DNA from: Leucoraja erinacea
Taxonomy: Eukaryota
Direction of reading: 5' to 3'
Length of the DNA: 64,000 bases
Assembly: GCF_028641065.1 (NCBI RefSeq)
Contig: NC_073383.1
Location: 36,642,001-36,706,000 of the forward strand
The position numbers and the translations under genes are program-made. The first letter of the stretch is position 1. Each line of letters starts with the position of its first letter. The notes beneath the pieces are model-generated. The model did not search any database, was not told the DNA's origin, and saw only the letters and a list, made by a program, of their open reading frames with translations. This document shows positions 13,956 through 26,189 of the stretch, in pieces.

Positions 13956-15149
13956 GGGACCATATTTATTAACGGTGCTACATCACAAACAGACCCTTCA
14001 GCCCATCAAGTCTGTGTTGACCTTCAAGAAGCCATTTACATAATCCTGCATTAACTTCATTGTGCTCCCCACATTCTTATCAACTCCCTTCAAATTTTAC
14101 TACTCATCCACATACCAGTGACAATTTACCATGCCAAATCCTACTTTATTGACTTGAGCACAAGTTTTGTTTTTCCCCAGGCAATGGAACAAGAATGAAA
14201 TGGACTTGGAAAGGAAGTAATGGAGATGTGCCGAAATGCGGAAAACTGGTGAGACACACCAAAAACAGAAATCACACAAGATGACTTTGTTTGACTTCTA
14301 TCTGCTTTAACTGGTCAAGCTATAATCATATTATAATATACATTGGGAAAAGGTAAATACAAATGTTTCCTGACTTTTCCCATCATTAACAACCTTCATT
14401 ACAGAATGCATGAAAATATGTTACAATAATTCTTATAACCCAGTTGCTTTTCCTAGCATATTGAAGTTAATTGAAATCTGTCATCGATGGTCTGCAGAGG
14501 ATAAGATTATGCACACAAAGCATACACGCGGATACCAGTCAAACAGCTGAACAGCAGGAAGCTTTGCTGTGATAAAATAACTTCTCATTTGTAACATTTG
14601 AAATTGAAACCTTATGGGATAAGAGAGTATTACCCTCACATGCAAGAAAGGCATCTTTTTAATGAAGATCTATGAATACTTTTATTTTCACCCAGAGGGA
14701 GTTGAAATAAATCAGTGAAATACAAAATGGGGAAATAAGGAAAACGATCGAATATAATTGGGTGTCTTCTCCTCCTTAGAAGGTGCTGAGTCATAAGTAA
14801 ATAATTTACATTATCAGCTTAAAAATTCCTGGGCTAGAAATTTTATCATGTTTTTATGTATTTTGCTGTATGTAATATCTGAAAATTAATCCCTAAATGT
14901 GTACTTTATCTATACATGGAGAGCTGCTGAGGCAAATTCAAGTGTGGTCCTCCATGCAAATGATGTGCAGGGACAGTTAAGTATGCAGCGATAAGACTAT
15001 TCGCAATGCATGATTGAGATTTCCATTGCAATATTGCAGCATGAATATGTGCTTTGACTTTGGACCTCAAATGCAGGAGCAGACAGTGTGCCAGTCTTTG
15101 TTATGGCCCCTAGTTTATCCATCTCTCCTTCACCCAGACATAATGTTCC

Positions 15150-15460
15150 CTTTAATTTAGTTTAGTTTAGTTTGGAGATGTAGCATAGAAACAGGCTCTT
15201 CGGTCCACTGAGTCTAGGCCAACCATTGATCACCTGTACACTAGTTCTGTCCTACACATTAGGGCCAATTTTTTACAGAAGCCAATTAAACTACAAACTT
15301 GCACATCTTTGGCATGTGGGAGAAACCAGAGCACCCAGAGAAACCCACACGATCACAAGGACAATATTCAAACTCCGTACAGGCAGCACCCATAATCAGC
15401 ATCGAATCTGGGTCTCTGGCGCTGTAAAGCAGCAACTCTACCTCAGCGCCACTGTGCCAT
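15150..15460 (-). mobile_element. Near full-length HE1-like SINE with a (CTAAA)n tail
   Basis: Head (reverse complement ggcacagtggcgctgaggtagagttgctg), V-core, CR1-derived tail and tttag repeats at 15150-15172. Confidence 0.85.
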
Positions 15461-15871
15461 CCCACCTTCACATTTGATAGATTGGCATCCAATCAACTGC
15501 TGGAGGCGCACAATGTCCACGGCCCACCCATTGGCAGTAGATAAAACCAGCAAAAAATGATCACCACAACTGATGCGGGAGCTCCCATGGCTAAGAACCC
15601 TCGTCATAGTTAGAACATGGATCCACTGCAGCTTCCCAAATTGATAATGTTCCCCATCTTACATGGCTTTAACATGCCTTCTTCCTCAGAGAATTTCCTA
15701 GCTTTATATTTGTGATAATACAAATTTGCTATCTCATGGTCTTGCTATAAGCATCCACCTTTCATGAACCTGAAACCATTTATACCTCGGCTACCCATAC
15801 TCAACGCCAATAAAGACTGTGCTTGTTCCTCCACATCAGCTCCTGGACCTACTGACAGCACAATTTTAATA

Positions 15872-16108
15872 TTCTTTACTCAGAGAGTGGTGGCTGTGTG
15901 GAATGAGTTTCCAGTGAAGGTGGTGGAGGCAGGTTCGTTTTTATCATTTAAAAATAAATTGGATAGTTATATGGACGGGAAAGGAATGGAGGGTTATGGT
16001 CTGAACGCAGGTGTATGGGACTAGGGGAGAATACGTGTTCGGCACGGACTAGAAGGGTCGAGATGGCCTGTTTCCGTGCTGTAATTGTTATATGGTTTAT
16101 ATGGTTAT
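15872..16108 (+). mobile_element. Young 5'-truncated CR1 with ATATTCT target-site duplication
   Basis: Near-identical to 56780-57017; tail (tatggtt)n; atattct at 15869-15875 and 16107-16113. Confidence 0.9.
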
Positions 16109-16329
16109 ATTCTCATCTTGACGTTCAGATCCCTCTATGGCCTCTACTCTCTCTTTTGCTGGAACATCCAATAACTCTGACCCCTTGCAAAGCTCCAATC
16201 ATCACATCTTATCACCAACACCATTCAACATGCATCCTGCTTGTTTAGTACTCTACCTGCTAATGTACCCATAAAACCCCATGCCCTCCACCTATGTGCC
16301 ATCCAACATCTAACAGGGAACAGCCCAAC

Positions 16330-17560
16330 TCCCAAGGGAATTTAACTCCATCATCATGATTGTGGTCCCACCCCAGACAAGCATTTGTCCAGCACTGGAG
16401 GAGCTGCATACCATAGTCAACAAGAACCGAACAGCAAAGCCCAATGCTTTCCCATCAATGCCGGAGACTTCAATAAGACTAGTTCGAAGAAGTCACTTCC
16501 TAACTAACAAGCACATTTCCTATAGCACCAGAGATCAAATACCATTCATCATTGCTGCTCCTACAACAAAGATGCCTTAACATTCCATCCCCTGTCCTCA
16601 CTTCTGGGAAATCAGACCACCTGGTTGTGCTCCTTCTATCCGTGCAACAGCAGCAACTGAAGAGTTTTAGTGGTGCCGATTGCACAGAGCTGGTCAGAGG
16701 AGACAGAGGAATAAATCTGCAACTGCTTGGAGTTGGTAGATTGGGTAATGTTCAAGGATTCAGCAATAGCTCTGAACAAATATGCCACAGTTGTTACTGA
16801 CTTCACAAGGAAATGTGTGAAGGAGTGTGTTCCCACCAAGAATATCATCAGCTTTGGATAAACCAGAAAGCCCACAATATATTGAGGAATAGTTCTTGGG
16901 TTTGCTGAATCTAATCCTCAGTATATTGTGATAGAGGGTCACATAGGAAACCCAGGTATGATCTCAGCAAGGTCATCAGAAAAGCGATGAAATGCTTTTG
17001 GCCTAAACTGGAGGAGGAGACAGACTTTTGACAGCTGTGACAGGCCTTGCGTGCCATCACTTCCTACAAGGTGAAACCAAGCAGCAGTTCAAACGACAAT
17101 GAGTCATCACTCCAAGACAAGCTCAATGCTTTCTATTTTCAATTTGAAAGGGAGAACCTTGATGTATCTCATGCTCCACATAGCCCCGGCCACACTGTAA
17201 TCTCAGTTACTTAGGCCAATGTCAAAAGATCCTTCATGAAGGTGAACCTTCAGAAATTGTCTAGCTCTAATGGTGTACCTGGCCGTGTTCTCAAAACCTG
17301 TCCAGAACAAGGGTCTGGAGCTTTTTGCAGACATCTTCAACCCCTCATTCTAGTAAATCTCCTTGTACTCTCTCTATTTTGTTGACATCCTTCCTATAAA
17401 GGTTCCCACCTGCTTTAACAATACCAGTGTCCAAGAAAATTTAAGTGACATGCATCAATGACTACCGACCAGTGCTAACATCCATGGTGATGACAGATAT
17501 CAATTCTTCCCTTACTAAAGACTTGGAGCCATGACAATATGCCTACCACTACAATAATGA
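16330..17560 (+). mobile_element. Old Rex1/Babar LINE, endonuclease to RT N-terminus, degraded
   Basis: AGDFN-like motif, GKSDH (16605), GVPGRVLKTC and NDYRPV (17458) remnants. Confidence 0.75.
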
Positions 17561-17656
17561 GTTTATAAGGATAAGGGGGGACCTCATTGAAACTTACTGA
17601 ATAGTGAAGTGAAGTGGATGTGGAGATGGTGATTCCACTAGTGGGAGAGTCTAGGA

Positions 17657-17825
17657 CAGGGGTGGGGAACCTGCGGCCTTAAGACCATGCTGCCTTCTAG
17701 GCCATTAAGTGCGGCCTATTGAAATCCAAATTTTGTAGAACAAATCCTTTTATTTTGGATGCGGCCTTATTAGATTACAGCTAACTTAATGTAGCATTCC
17801 AACATGAAAAGGTTCCCCACCCCTG
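17657..17825. mobile_element. hAT (Charlie-like) MITE, 169 bp
   Basis: Perfect 16-bp TIR caggggtggggaacct; 8-bp TSD gtctagga/gtctaaga; subterminal tgcggcc repeats. Confidence 0.92.
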
Positions 17826-17881
17826 GTCTAAGACCAGAGGTCATAGCCTCAGAATAAAAGGACGTTCTTTTAGGAAGGATA

Positions 17882-18975
17882 CTAGGAAGGATCGCGAGCG
17901 CTAGTATGGGTGTTGTGGGCTGAAGGGACTGCTTTCCAGTGGGCTAGTGTGGACATTGTGAGCCAAATGGATTCTTGGGCTGGCGGCTCAGTCACTCAAG
18001 CCTGTTGTGCTGGCATCTCACTCACTCACGGCTGGTGGGCTGGCAGTTGACTCACGGCTATTCCTTGAAATTCCATTTCAAGCAGGGTGCAAGGCTACCA
18101 AATTCAAGTGCAGTTTCATACCACTTCAAGCAGGGTGCAAGGCCACCAAATTCGAGTGCAGTTTCATACCACTTCAAGCAGGGTGCAAGGCCACCAAATT
18201 CAATTACAGTTTCATTCCATTTCAAAGACAGGGCAAGGCCACAAAAGACAGCGAGTCGTGACCTCTTGCTACCCCATCTTGCAGAGACCGAGCCATGCCC
18301 ACATTTCTGGGTTTTATACTCCCTCCCCCACACACCAGAAAGGGCATGGCCTGCATGGCGTGATTGACAGGAGAGAGAATCTCAACATTTTTTAAACACT
18401 AATAACTCTTTTATTTTTCATAAATGGGAAAAATCCTCGGCACCTGATGAGCGGATGGGGACTCTGAGTAAGATGGCCAAAAATAACAGCCGTACGTGGC
18501 AGCTTTAGTATTTTCAAACCAAAGGCAAGGGAGCTTTAGCATTTTCAAACCAAAGGCAACACAGCTTTAGGATTTTCATTTTCAAACTACATTTTCAAAC
18601 CACATTAAGGGCACTGACAGGTCAGTAAAACCACTCACAGTTTAGTAGACATGTGTTCAGTGTTATTCACAGCTCAGACTGAGAATCGCGACCTCTCGCT
18701 CCCCCATCTTGCAGAGAACTGAGGCAGCTCCACCCTTATGGGTTTTATAGTCCCTCCCGAAGGTGTGTGGCCTTCAGGAGAGAGAATCTCAACATTTTTT
18801 AAACATTAATAAGTATTTTATTATTCATCTATGGGAAAAATCCTCTTGTCTTGACCAGTGGCAGGGGACTCTGGGTAAGATGGCCAAAAATCACAGGTGT
18901 AAGTGGCAGCGTTTTTTCTAAAATCAATATGCAGTGCAACAGGAAGTGGTCAAGATGAGACTTTAATAATATAGA
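17882..18975 (-). mobile_element. Non-autonomous Helitron-like element
   Basis: Minus strand begins TCTATATTATTAAAGTCTCATCTTGACC and ends CTAG; sits between host A and T with no TSD. Homologous to 62555-63097. Confidence 0.7.
18072..18245. repeat. 48-bp minisatellite (~3.5 copies) inside the Helitron-like element
   Basis: Unit ccacttcaagcagggtgcaaggccaccaaattcgagtgcagtttcata. Confidence 0.9.
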
Positions 18976-19234
18976 TGAGGAGGAATTTCTTTAGTCAGAA
19001 GGTGGTGAATCTGGGAAATTAATTGCCACAGACGGCTGTGGAATTAATTGCCACAGAAGGCTGTGGAAGCCAAGTCAATGGATATTATTAAGGCAGAGAT
19101 AGATTCTTGATTAGTATGGTCGTCAGGGTTATGGGGAGAAAGGAGGAAAATGGTGTTGAGCGGGAAAAATAGATCAGCCATGATTGAATGGCAGTAGACT
19201 TGATGGGCCTAATTCTGATCCTATCACACATGAA

Positions 19235-20165
19235 CTATGAACAGGGGATGCAATTCTGCCTGGTCTCCATTCTGCACAGGACCACTTAGATAATATGAAC
19301 ACGTACATCATGCTGTTGTTCATAGACTTCAGCTTGGCATTCAAAACCATCATCCCCTCCAAATCTATCATTAAACCCAGAGAGCTGGGTCTCTGCTCAT
19401 CCTTGTTGGATTCCTATGCAACTAGACCATCAATTTCCTCAACAGCAGGCCACAATCAACACAAATTGGCCACAACACTCCTTGGTAATCATCAACACAA
19501 GAGCATCTCATGGCTGTGTGCTTTATTCCCTATTCTTCTCTCTCTATAACTGTGACTGTGTAGTCAGATATCTTTAAATTCACAATGATACAACCGTTGT
19601 GGGGTGCATGACAGGTAATGATAAGTCAAAGTACAGGAGGGAAATTAAAAATCTGATTGGTGCGATAACAAAATGGAGAGATGGTGGAGAGATTCAATAG
19701 AGAGCGAAGATCCTGAGCATGCATATCTCTGAAGATCTCCCCTGGGCCCAGCACATTGATGCATCACGAATAAAACTCATTAATGTCTCTACTTAAAATA
19801 TTTGGCATGCCTGTGAATATTCTATTGAACTTCTATATCTGTCCAGTAGAGATCACACTGACTGGTTACATCATAATCTCATTCAGCAACTCAAACACCC
19901 ATAAAGAAAAGAGACTATAGAGGGTGGTCGGTACTACCTAGTCCATCCCAACAAAGACCTGCCCAACAAAGGGATCTATAGGAGGTGCTGCCACAAGAAG
20001 GCAGCCAATATCAGAGATTCACACCAGGCTGGCTGTGCTCTCATTTCACTATTATCATAGGTACAGGAGCCTGAAAATCGTAATCACGGGATTCAAGAAC
20101 ATCTAAGCAACCACCAGACTATTGAACACTACACGACACTAACCTCAGCAACTATGATCATTGAT
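19235..20165 (+). mobile_element. Degraded Rex1/Babar RT fragment
   Basis: ORF 19295-19549 contains MLLFIDFSLAFKTIIPSK. Confidence 0.8.
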
Positions 20166-20167
20166 GG

Positions 20168-20440
20168 ACTGCTGGAGAAACTCAGCGGGTGTGGCAACAT
20201 CTATGGAGTGAAGGAATAGGTGACGTTTCGGATCGAGACCTTTCTTCAGACTGATGTGAGGTAGGGAGGGAGCAGGAAGAAGAAAGGAAGAGGCGGAGAC
20301 AGTGGGCTCTGGGAGAGCTGGGAAGGGGAGAGAATGGAGGGAGAAAGCAACGACTACCTGAAAGTGGAGAAGTCAATGTTCATACCGCTGGGGTGTAAAC
20401 TACCCAAGCGAAATATGAGGCGCTGCTCCTCCAATTTTTG
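20168..20440 (-). mobile_element. Penelope-like element 3' fragment with an intact hammerhead-like core
   Basis: Minus strand reads KLEEQRLIFRLGSLHPSGMNIDF (GIY-YIG C-terminus); core CTGAAGA..GAAACGTC at 20222-20249. Confidence 0.85.
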
Positions 20441-21120
20441 TTTGGTTTTTTTAGCCATCCCCACCATCAAAAACATCCACACATGGCCAAGGTGGTGTCT
20501 AACCCCAGTAGGTTTTAATTAGTCATTTTGGGTGAATGAGTTAAAACAGCCAAAATGTTATTGCATTGACCTGGTAACATTGGGAATTAATTTATTCACA
20601 TCCCATCAGTTGATAGTGTTCTCTTTAAATGGGTCTCCTTGGATAAATGCATGATTGCAACTTATTCAAAGTCTCTCTCTTAATCAGCATTAAATTGTTC
20701 CAACATGAGAAGCACCAAAAGGAAATGATTTCTGGATGAGAAACTTCCCTGAGTGGGCTCTGCATTCAGTTATAAATGTGATAACACTATGTGGTGATTG
20801 TCAGTTCCAGACCCGAGGATACATAAATTGATGGTACGTGCTAGAAAAGGTAATACATGTAATGAATGAGCAAATTGATCAAAGACAATTAGGAATGAGT
20901 GTTTACATCAATTGAGAATTCATGGCTTCTAATTAACAAGTGTCAATGACACATTCTCTTCTGTGGGTGTGTTTTGCTTTCTCATCAGAAGCAGAAGGAG
21001 CTTAAGGCAAGTCCAGAAAGATTATCAGCTCTCATCAGGAAATAATAACCTGGTGACTTTAGTGACTATAAATAATAACCAGGCCTCCCAGGAGACTGCA
21101 TAAAAGTAGGGCATTGAAGC

Positions 21121-21590
21121 CAAATGGAGCTTCATCGGTAGCGGTGGAGCCTCGCCTGTGGCGGTGGAGCCTCGCTTGTGGCGGTGGAGCCTCGCATGTG
21201 GCGGTGGAGCCTCGCTTGTGGCGGTGGAGCCTCGGTTGTGGCGGTGGAGCCTCGGTTGTGGCGGTGGAATCTCGGTTGCGGTGGTGGAGCCTTGGTGGTA
21301 ATGGTGAAGCCTTGGTGGTAATGGTGAAGCCTTGATGGTGAAGCTTCGCGGATTGACCCGCGGTCGATGTGGGGATTGAGTGTGGGGAGGACTGCTGTGA
21401 GGGAGGGGGAAGAACAATGGACAATGGAGGACCTTGCGTGCGGGAACCACTGGGGGGGGGGAGAACAAAGGAGGAGCCAACGTACTTCGTAAGTGTCAGT
21501 GCTGTAGGTGGCTGCTATTTGTATACCTTGGGTATGCAAGCAAAAATAATCACTGTGCCTTGTTGTATGTGACAATAAAGTATTCCACTC
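21121..21590 (+). mobile_element. Retroposon 3' part containing a 20-bp minisatellite and a Rex-type tail
   Basis: About 11 units of gcggtggagcctcgcttgtg (21121-21345); tail tcactgtgccttg..tgtgacaataaag. Confidence 0.6.
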
Positions 21591-21706
21591 CATTATTCAT
21601 CCTTCCAATGGGGTGTAGTTGGCAATTGGTATCTGACAACAGAATTATTTACATTTTCACTTTGGTTACTTTGAAAAATAGTTCAAAAATGATGAAGGTT
21701 TTGTAT

Positions 21707-22432
21707 TGTGACAGTGCCGCCCCTCCTTTTGGTGTCGCTCTGATCCCTGTCACTGGCCAAGAGAGACCAATTACCAACAGCATTGGTAACATCAGAACCC
21801 AATTAGCTGATATTGTTTTGGCCACCTAAACCTTGTCCGCTTACTCCCTATAAAACAGTTATTTTAGCCAGAAGAGGGCAGACGAGGGCAGTGTTTTTCT
21901 TTCACAGGTTTGAGGAAGACTAAGCCGCTCGGAGAAACTTGAGACTACCAGTGTCACTGTGTGGTCAAGACTGGGCTTCCGAGAAGATGCCCATGGCAGC
22001 CAGTGCCTCTACTGAGGCTAAGACCGAGTGGATGGAGCAAGCCTGAGATGCCAGTGCCTCTTCCTGCCCATAGACAATGAGTGCCCACACTCGGAGGCAA
22101 AGACTTGAGCTGCCAAGATAACCCAGAGACTGCTAGAGCCGTCTCTTCAAGCCCAGAGCTGAGTCACCAGGGTAAACCTGAGAAAACTAGTGGCTCCTGT
22201 CAAAGTAAGGTGAACTGCAGGGAGATGCCTGAGATCGCCATGCCTGCTCCATTGAGATCCAAGACTGAGCTGATCAGACAAGCCTGAGGTCGCCAGTGTC
22301 AATGCACATGCCCCCTGATGATGAGGGACAGCGCCCTGCATTTGGTCCTGGACTTTCTTACTACTGTAAATAAATATATCATGTGAATTCACCTTACTAC
22401 GAGTGTCAGTGTGGTTATTGCCGAACCCAGCA
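21707..22432 (+). mobile_element. Candidate solo LTR (726 bp)
   Basis: TG...CA ends, CCAAT boxes, TATAAAA at 21849, AATAAA at 22369, imperfect 4-bp flank gtat/ttat. Confidence 0.55.
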
Positions 22433-22494
22433 TTATCCCTGATGCCTCAGTATTTATGCATGGCTTTGCATCCACTTTGTGCATCATGTGGGCT

Positions 22495-22770
22495 GAGTTC
22501 TGCCTTGCAGTGCCAGAGGCCTGGGTTCGATCCTGACTAAGGGTGCTGTACGGAGTTTGTACGTTCTTTCTGTGACCTCATGGGTTTTCTCCAGGAGCTC
22601 CAGTTTCCTTCCACATTCCAAAGATACAGGTTTGTAGGATAATTGGCTGTGGGATGTTATAAAATTGTCCCTACAATGTAGGATAGTGTTAGTGTACAGG
22701 GTGATTGCTAATTGACACGGATTTGGTGGGCTGAAGGGGCTGTTGCTCTAAAAAGTCTAAAGTTTTAGAC
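22495..22770 (+). mobile_element. HE1-like SINE
   Basis: B-box gggttcgatcc, V-core and tail gtctaaagt. Confidence 0.8.
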
Positions 22771-22849
22771 GCCATAGTATAAACAATAGAAATTAGTGAT
22801 GAACGTATCAAGATAAAATTAATCCAACCTAACCTGACTAAATATTTGT

Positions 22850-23556
22850 AATTGATTTTATTAGCCAAGTATGAAAATAAAACAAGTATGTAAATCATAC
22901 GTGGAATTTGATTTGCCATACAGTCGCACCAAAAAAGCAAAACACGCAACCACCTAAATATTTAACATAAACATCCATCGCAGCGGCTCCTCCACATTCT
23001 TCAATGTGATGGAAGGCAAAAAAGTCTTATCTTCTTTCCTCCTTTTTCTCCTGCGGTCGGGGGAATTGAACCATCCGCAGGTGGGGCGATTGAAGCTCCT
23101 GCAGCCGGCGATCGAAGCTCCCACATCGGGGCGATCGAAGCTCCCGTGATCGGGGCGGTCGAAGTTCCTGCGGTTGGAGCTCGCGAAGCTGGTCCCTTAC
23201 CAGGGACAGCGAGCTCCACAATGTTAAACTCCGCAGGCTCCCACAGTTGGAGCTTTGGAGGTCGATCCCTGGCAAAGGTACCGTCAGCTTCGATGTGTTA
23301 AATCTGCAGGCTCCCATGGTTGAAGCTCTCAAGGGCAATCCCCAGCAATCCCCAGCTCCACGATATTAGGCCGCAGTGCAGACGGAGATACAATAATGAA
23401 AAAGTCGCATCTCCGTTGAGGAAAGTTCCCCCACCCTCCTCTTCCATTATACAAAACTAAAGATACATTAAAACAGCATTTAACTACAGACTAAAAAACA
23501 CCAAAGAGAGAAAAGGACGAGACCGACAGTTGGCAAGGCTGTCGGCGCCACCCGGG
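22850..23556 (-). mobile_element. CpG-rich non-coding retroposon, near full length
   Basis: Head ggtggcgccg, internal gggagcttcgatcgcccc repeats, tail aaattcc..gtatg..atacttggctaataaa. Confidence 0.65.
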
Positions 23557-23887
23557 ATGTTTATTGTCACATGGACACAAGGATGGTGAGGTGAAATGAA
23601 AATCTTGCTTGCAGCAACATCAGAGACATATAGACTCAGACAAACACACAGAAATTATATACAAATTTCTCTGAAAATTATGCAAGACTGTGAAAAGAAT
23701 AAGGACCGCAAAAGGAACACCCAGACATCAGTGCAAAATACAATGTCCATGGTTCTATGCCACACCTCTAGTACTGAATATGTGGCTATGTTAGGGAACT
23801 AACCTAAAAACAACTTCCCTTCCTTTCTTCCCCTCTTCTCCCTGTGCCTAACCTAGACTTGCATCTATTTCTCCCCTTTCCCTTCCT

Positions 23888-24935
23888 TCAGTGACTAGTA
23901 GGGTGCTACAAGGCTCGGTGCTGGGACCCCAGTTATTTACAATATATATTAATGATTAAGACAAGGGAATTAAATGTAACATCTCTAAGTTTGCAGATGA
24001 CACAATACTGGGTTGGCAGTGTGAGCTGCGAGAAGGATGCTATAAGGCTGCAGGGTGACTTGGATAGGTTGGGTGAGTGAGCAGATGCATGGCAGATGCA
24101 GTATAATGTGGAGAAATGGTGAGGTTATCCACTTTGGTGGCAAGAACAGGAAAGCAGATTATGATGCTAGAATGGTGTCAGATTAGGAATAGTGGAGGTG
24201 CAAAGAGATCTGGGTGTGCTTGTACATCAGTCACTGAAAGTAAGCATGCAGGTACAGCAGGCAGTGAAGAAAACTATTGGCATGTTGGCCTTCATTGGGA
24301 GAGAATTTGAGTTTAGGAACAAATAAGTCCTACTGCAGTTGTACAGGCCCCTGGTGAGACCACACCAGGAGTATTGTGTACAATTATGGTCTCCTAATTT
24401 GACGAAGGACATTATTGCTATTGAGGTAATGCAGCATAGGTTCATCAGGTTAATTTCTGGGATGGCAGGACTGACATATGATGAAAGAATAGGTCGACTG
24501 GGATTGTATTCACTGGAATTTAGGATGAGAGGGTGTCTTATAGAAACAAATACAACTCTTAAATGATTGGACTGGCTAGATGCAGGAAAACTTTTCCCGA
24601 TGTTGGGGGAGTCCAGAACCGGGGTCACAGTTTAAGAATAAGGGGTAGGACTGAGATGAGGAAAACCTTTTTCACTCAGAGAGTTAGGAATCTGTGGAAC
24701 TCTCTACCACAGAGGGCAGTGGAGGCTGATTCACTGGATGTTTTCAAGAGAGAGTTAGATTTAGCTCTTGGGGCGAAAGTAATCAAGGGATATGGAGAAA
24801 AAGCAGGAACGGGGTACTGATTTTAGATGATCAACCATGATCGTATTGAATGGCAGTGCTGGCTTGAATGGCCAAATGGCCTGCTCATGCACCTATTTTT
24901 CTATGTTTCTATGTTTCTATGTTTTCTATGTTTCT
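23888..24935 (+). mobile_element. CR1 LINE, 5'-truncated (RT C-terminal half plus 3' UTR)
   Basis: QGSVLGP, KFADDT and YCVQLWSP motifs; (tttctatg)n tail. Confidence 0.93.
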
Positions 24936-25051
24936 ATATTTCCCCTTCCACCTATATTCCTTCCCATGGATTCACAATTTGTCCTTCTATGTCCTTGTCT
25001 CACACCTTTTGTCTTTGCATCTCTGTCCTTCATCCAACCATCTGCCTGTCA

Positions 25052-25650
25052 CAAAGGCACAACACAGGATGTACATCCTGCAGCAGCTGAGGAAGCACAA
25101 TCTGCCACAGGCAATGATGGTCCTATTCTATACGGCCATCGTAGAGTCTGTCCTCACTTTCTCCATCATGGTGTGGTTTGGCTCAGCCACCAAGCACGAC
25201 ATCCGGAGGCTGCAGCGAATCATCCGATCAGCTGAGAAGGTTAATGGCTGCAACCTTCCCTCCATTGACGAACTGTACATTACAAGGGCCAGGAAGCGAG
25301 CTGGTAAGATCATCATTGACCCCTCTCACCCTGGCCACAAACTTTGAATTACTTCCCTCTGGAAGGTGACTCCGGTCTGTCAAAGTTGCCACAACCAGAC
25401 ATAAAAACAGCTTTTTTTTCCACGAGTAGTAGTTCTACTGAATAACCAACAATCTGTAGCCTTCTTTTGCTCTGGTATTTTATTTAATTCACATGTTTAA
25501 TCAATAATGTTTTATTATTAATGTTTAATGTTTTATATATAATTCCTAACTGTCACTGTATGTCATGTTGTCACTTGCGGGCAGAGCACCAAGGCAAATT
25601 CCTTGTATGTGAATACTTGGCCAATAAACTTATTCATTCATCCATTCATT
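25052..25650 (+). mobile_element. Rex1/Babar LINE 3' part
   Basis: KAQHRMYILQQLRKHNLPQ..IIDPSHPGH; (attc)n tail. Confidence 0.9.
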
Positions 25651-26189
25651 CTGATCTAACCTCCCATCACCTGTATCCACCTATCACTCACTTGGCTTTA
25701 TCCTGCCCCCCCTTCTCTTCCAGTTTCCACCTCCCAGAATTGGGAGTGGTAATTTGGAAAAAAGCTGCCAAGGTAGGTTTGAAGATATATACAATTAAAA
25801 TGTTTAAAATAATTTGGAGAGGTACTTGGATAGGAAAGGCATGCAAGTAATAGGTATTAGCAGGCAAGTGAGATTAGTGCAGATAGCTATTATGGTTGGC
25901 TGGATGAGGTGGGCTGAAGGGTTTGTTTGTTTGCTGAACAGCTCTTTAACTCTATGACAGCCTGACATTGCCCTGTGGGTGATGATTGTGCTGATTTGAA
26001 CGATACAGCAGCAGTACGACCTGAGTCACAATAACCTCCCAGTCTAATGAATGCTGGTTCTGGGAATAGTGCCAGCAACAATGTGGAGCTTGAATGTCCT
26101 GTCCCCTCTCAGGATATCAGCATCTCTCTTCACATTATTGAATCTCTAGCAATGGCCTCAGACTACAGACTGATGCACCTCAGCTCCAG

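Larger units (their letters stand above)
17575..19230 (+). mobile_element. CR1 3' end split by a hAT MITE and a Helitron-like element
   Basis: CR1 sequence is continuous across both insertions (gagagtctagga|ccagagg; taggaaggata|tgaggaggaat). Confidence 0.85.

Noticed and set aside
18072-18245. CRISPR-like appearance of regular repeats (also 21121 and 34950)
   Set aside because: Units are directly tandem with no unique spacers; eukaryotic context and no cas genes.
21025-21593. Overlapping 120-150-aa Pro/His-rich ORFs
   Set aside because: They arise from a stop-free 20-bp minisatellite; no sign of coding.
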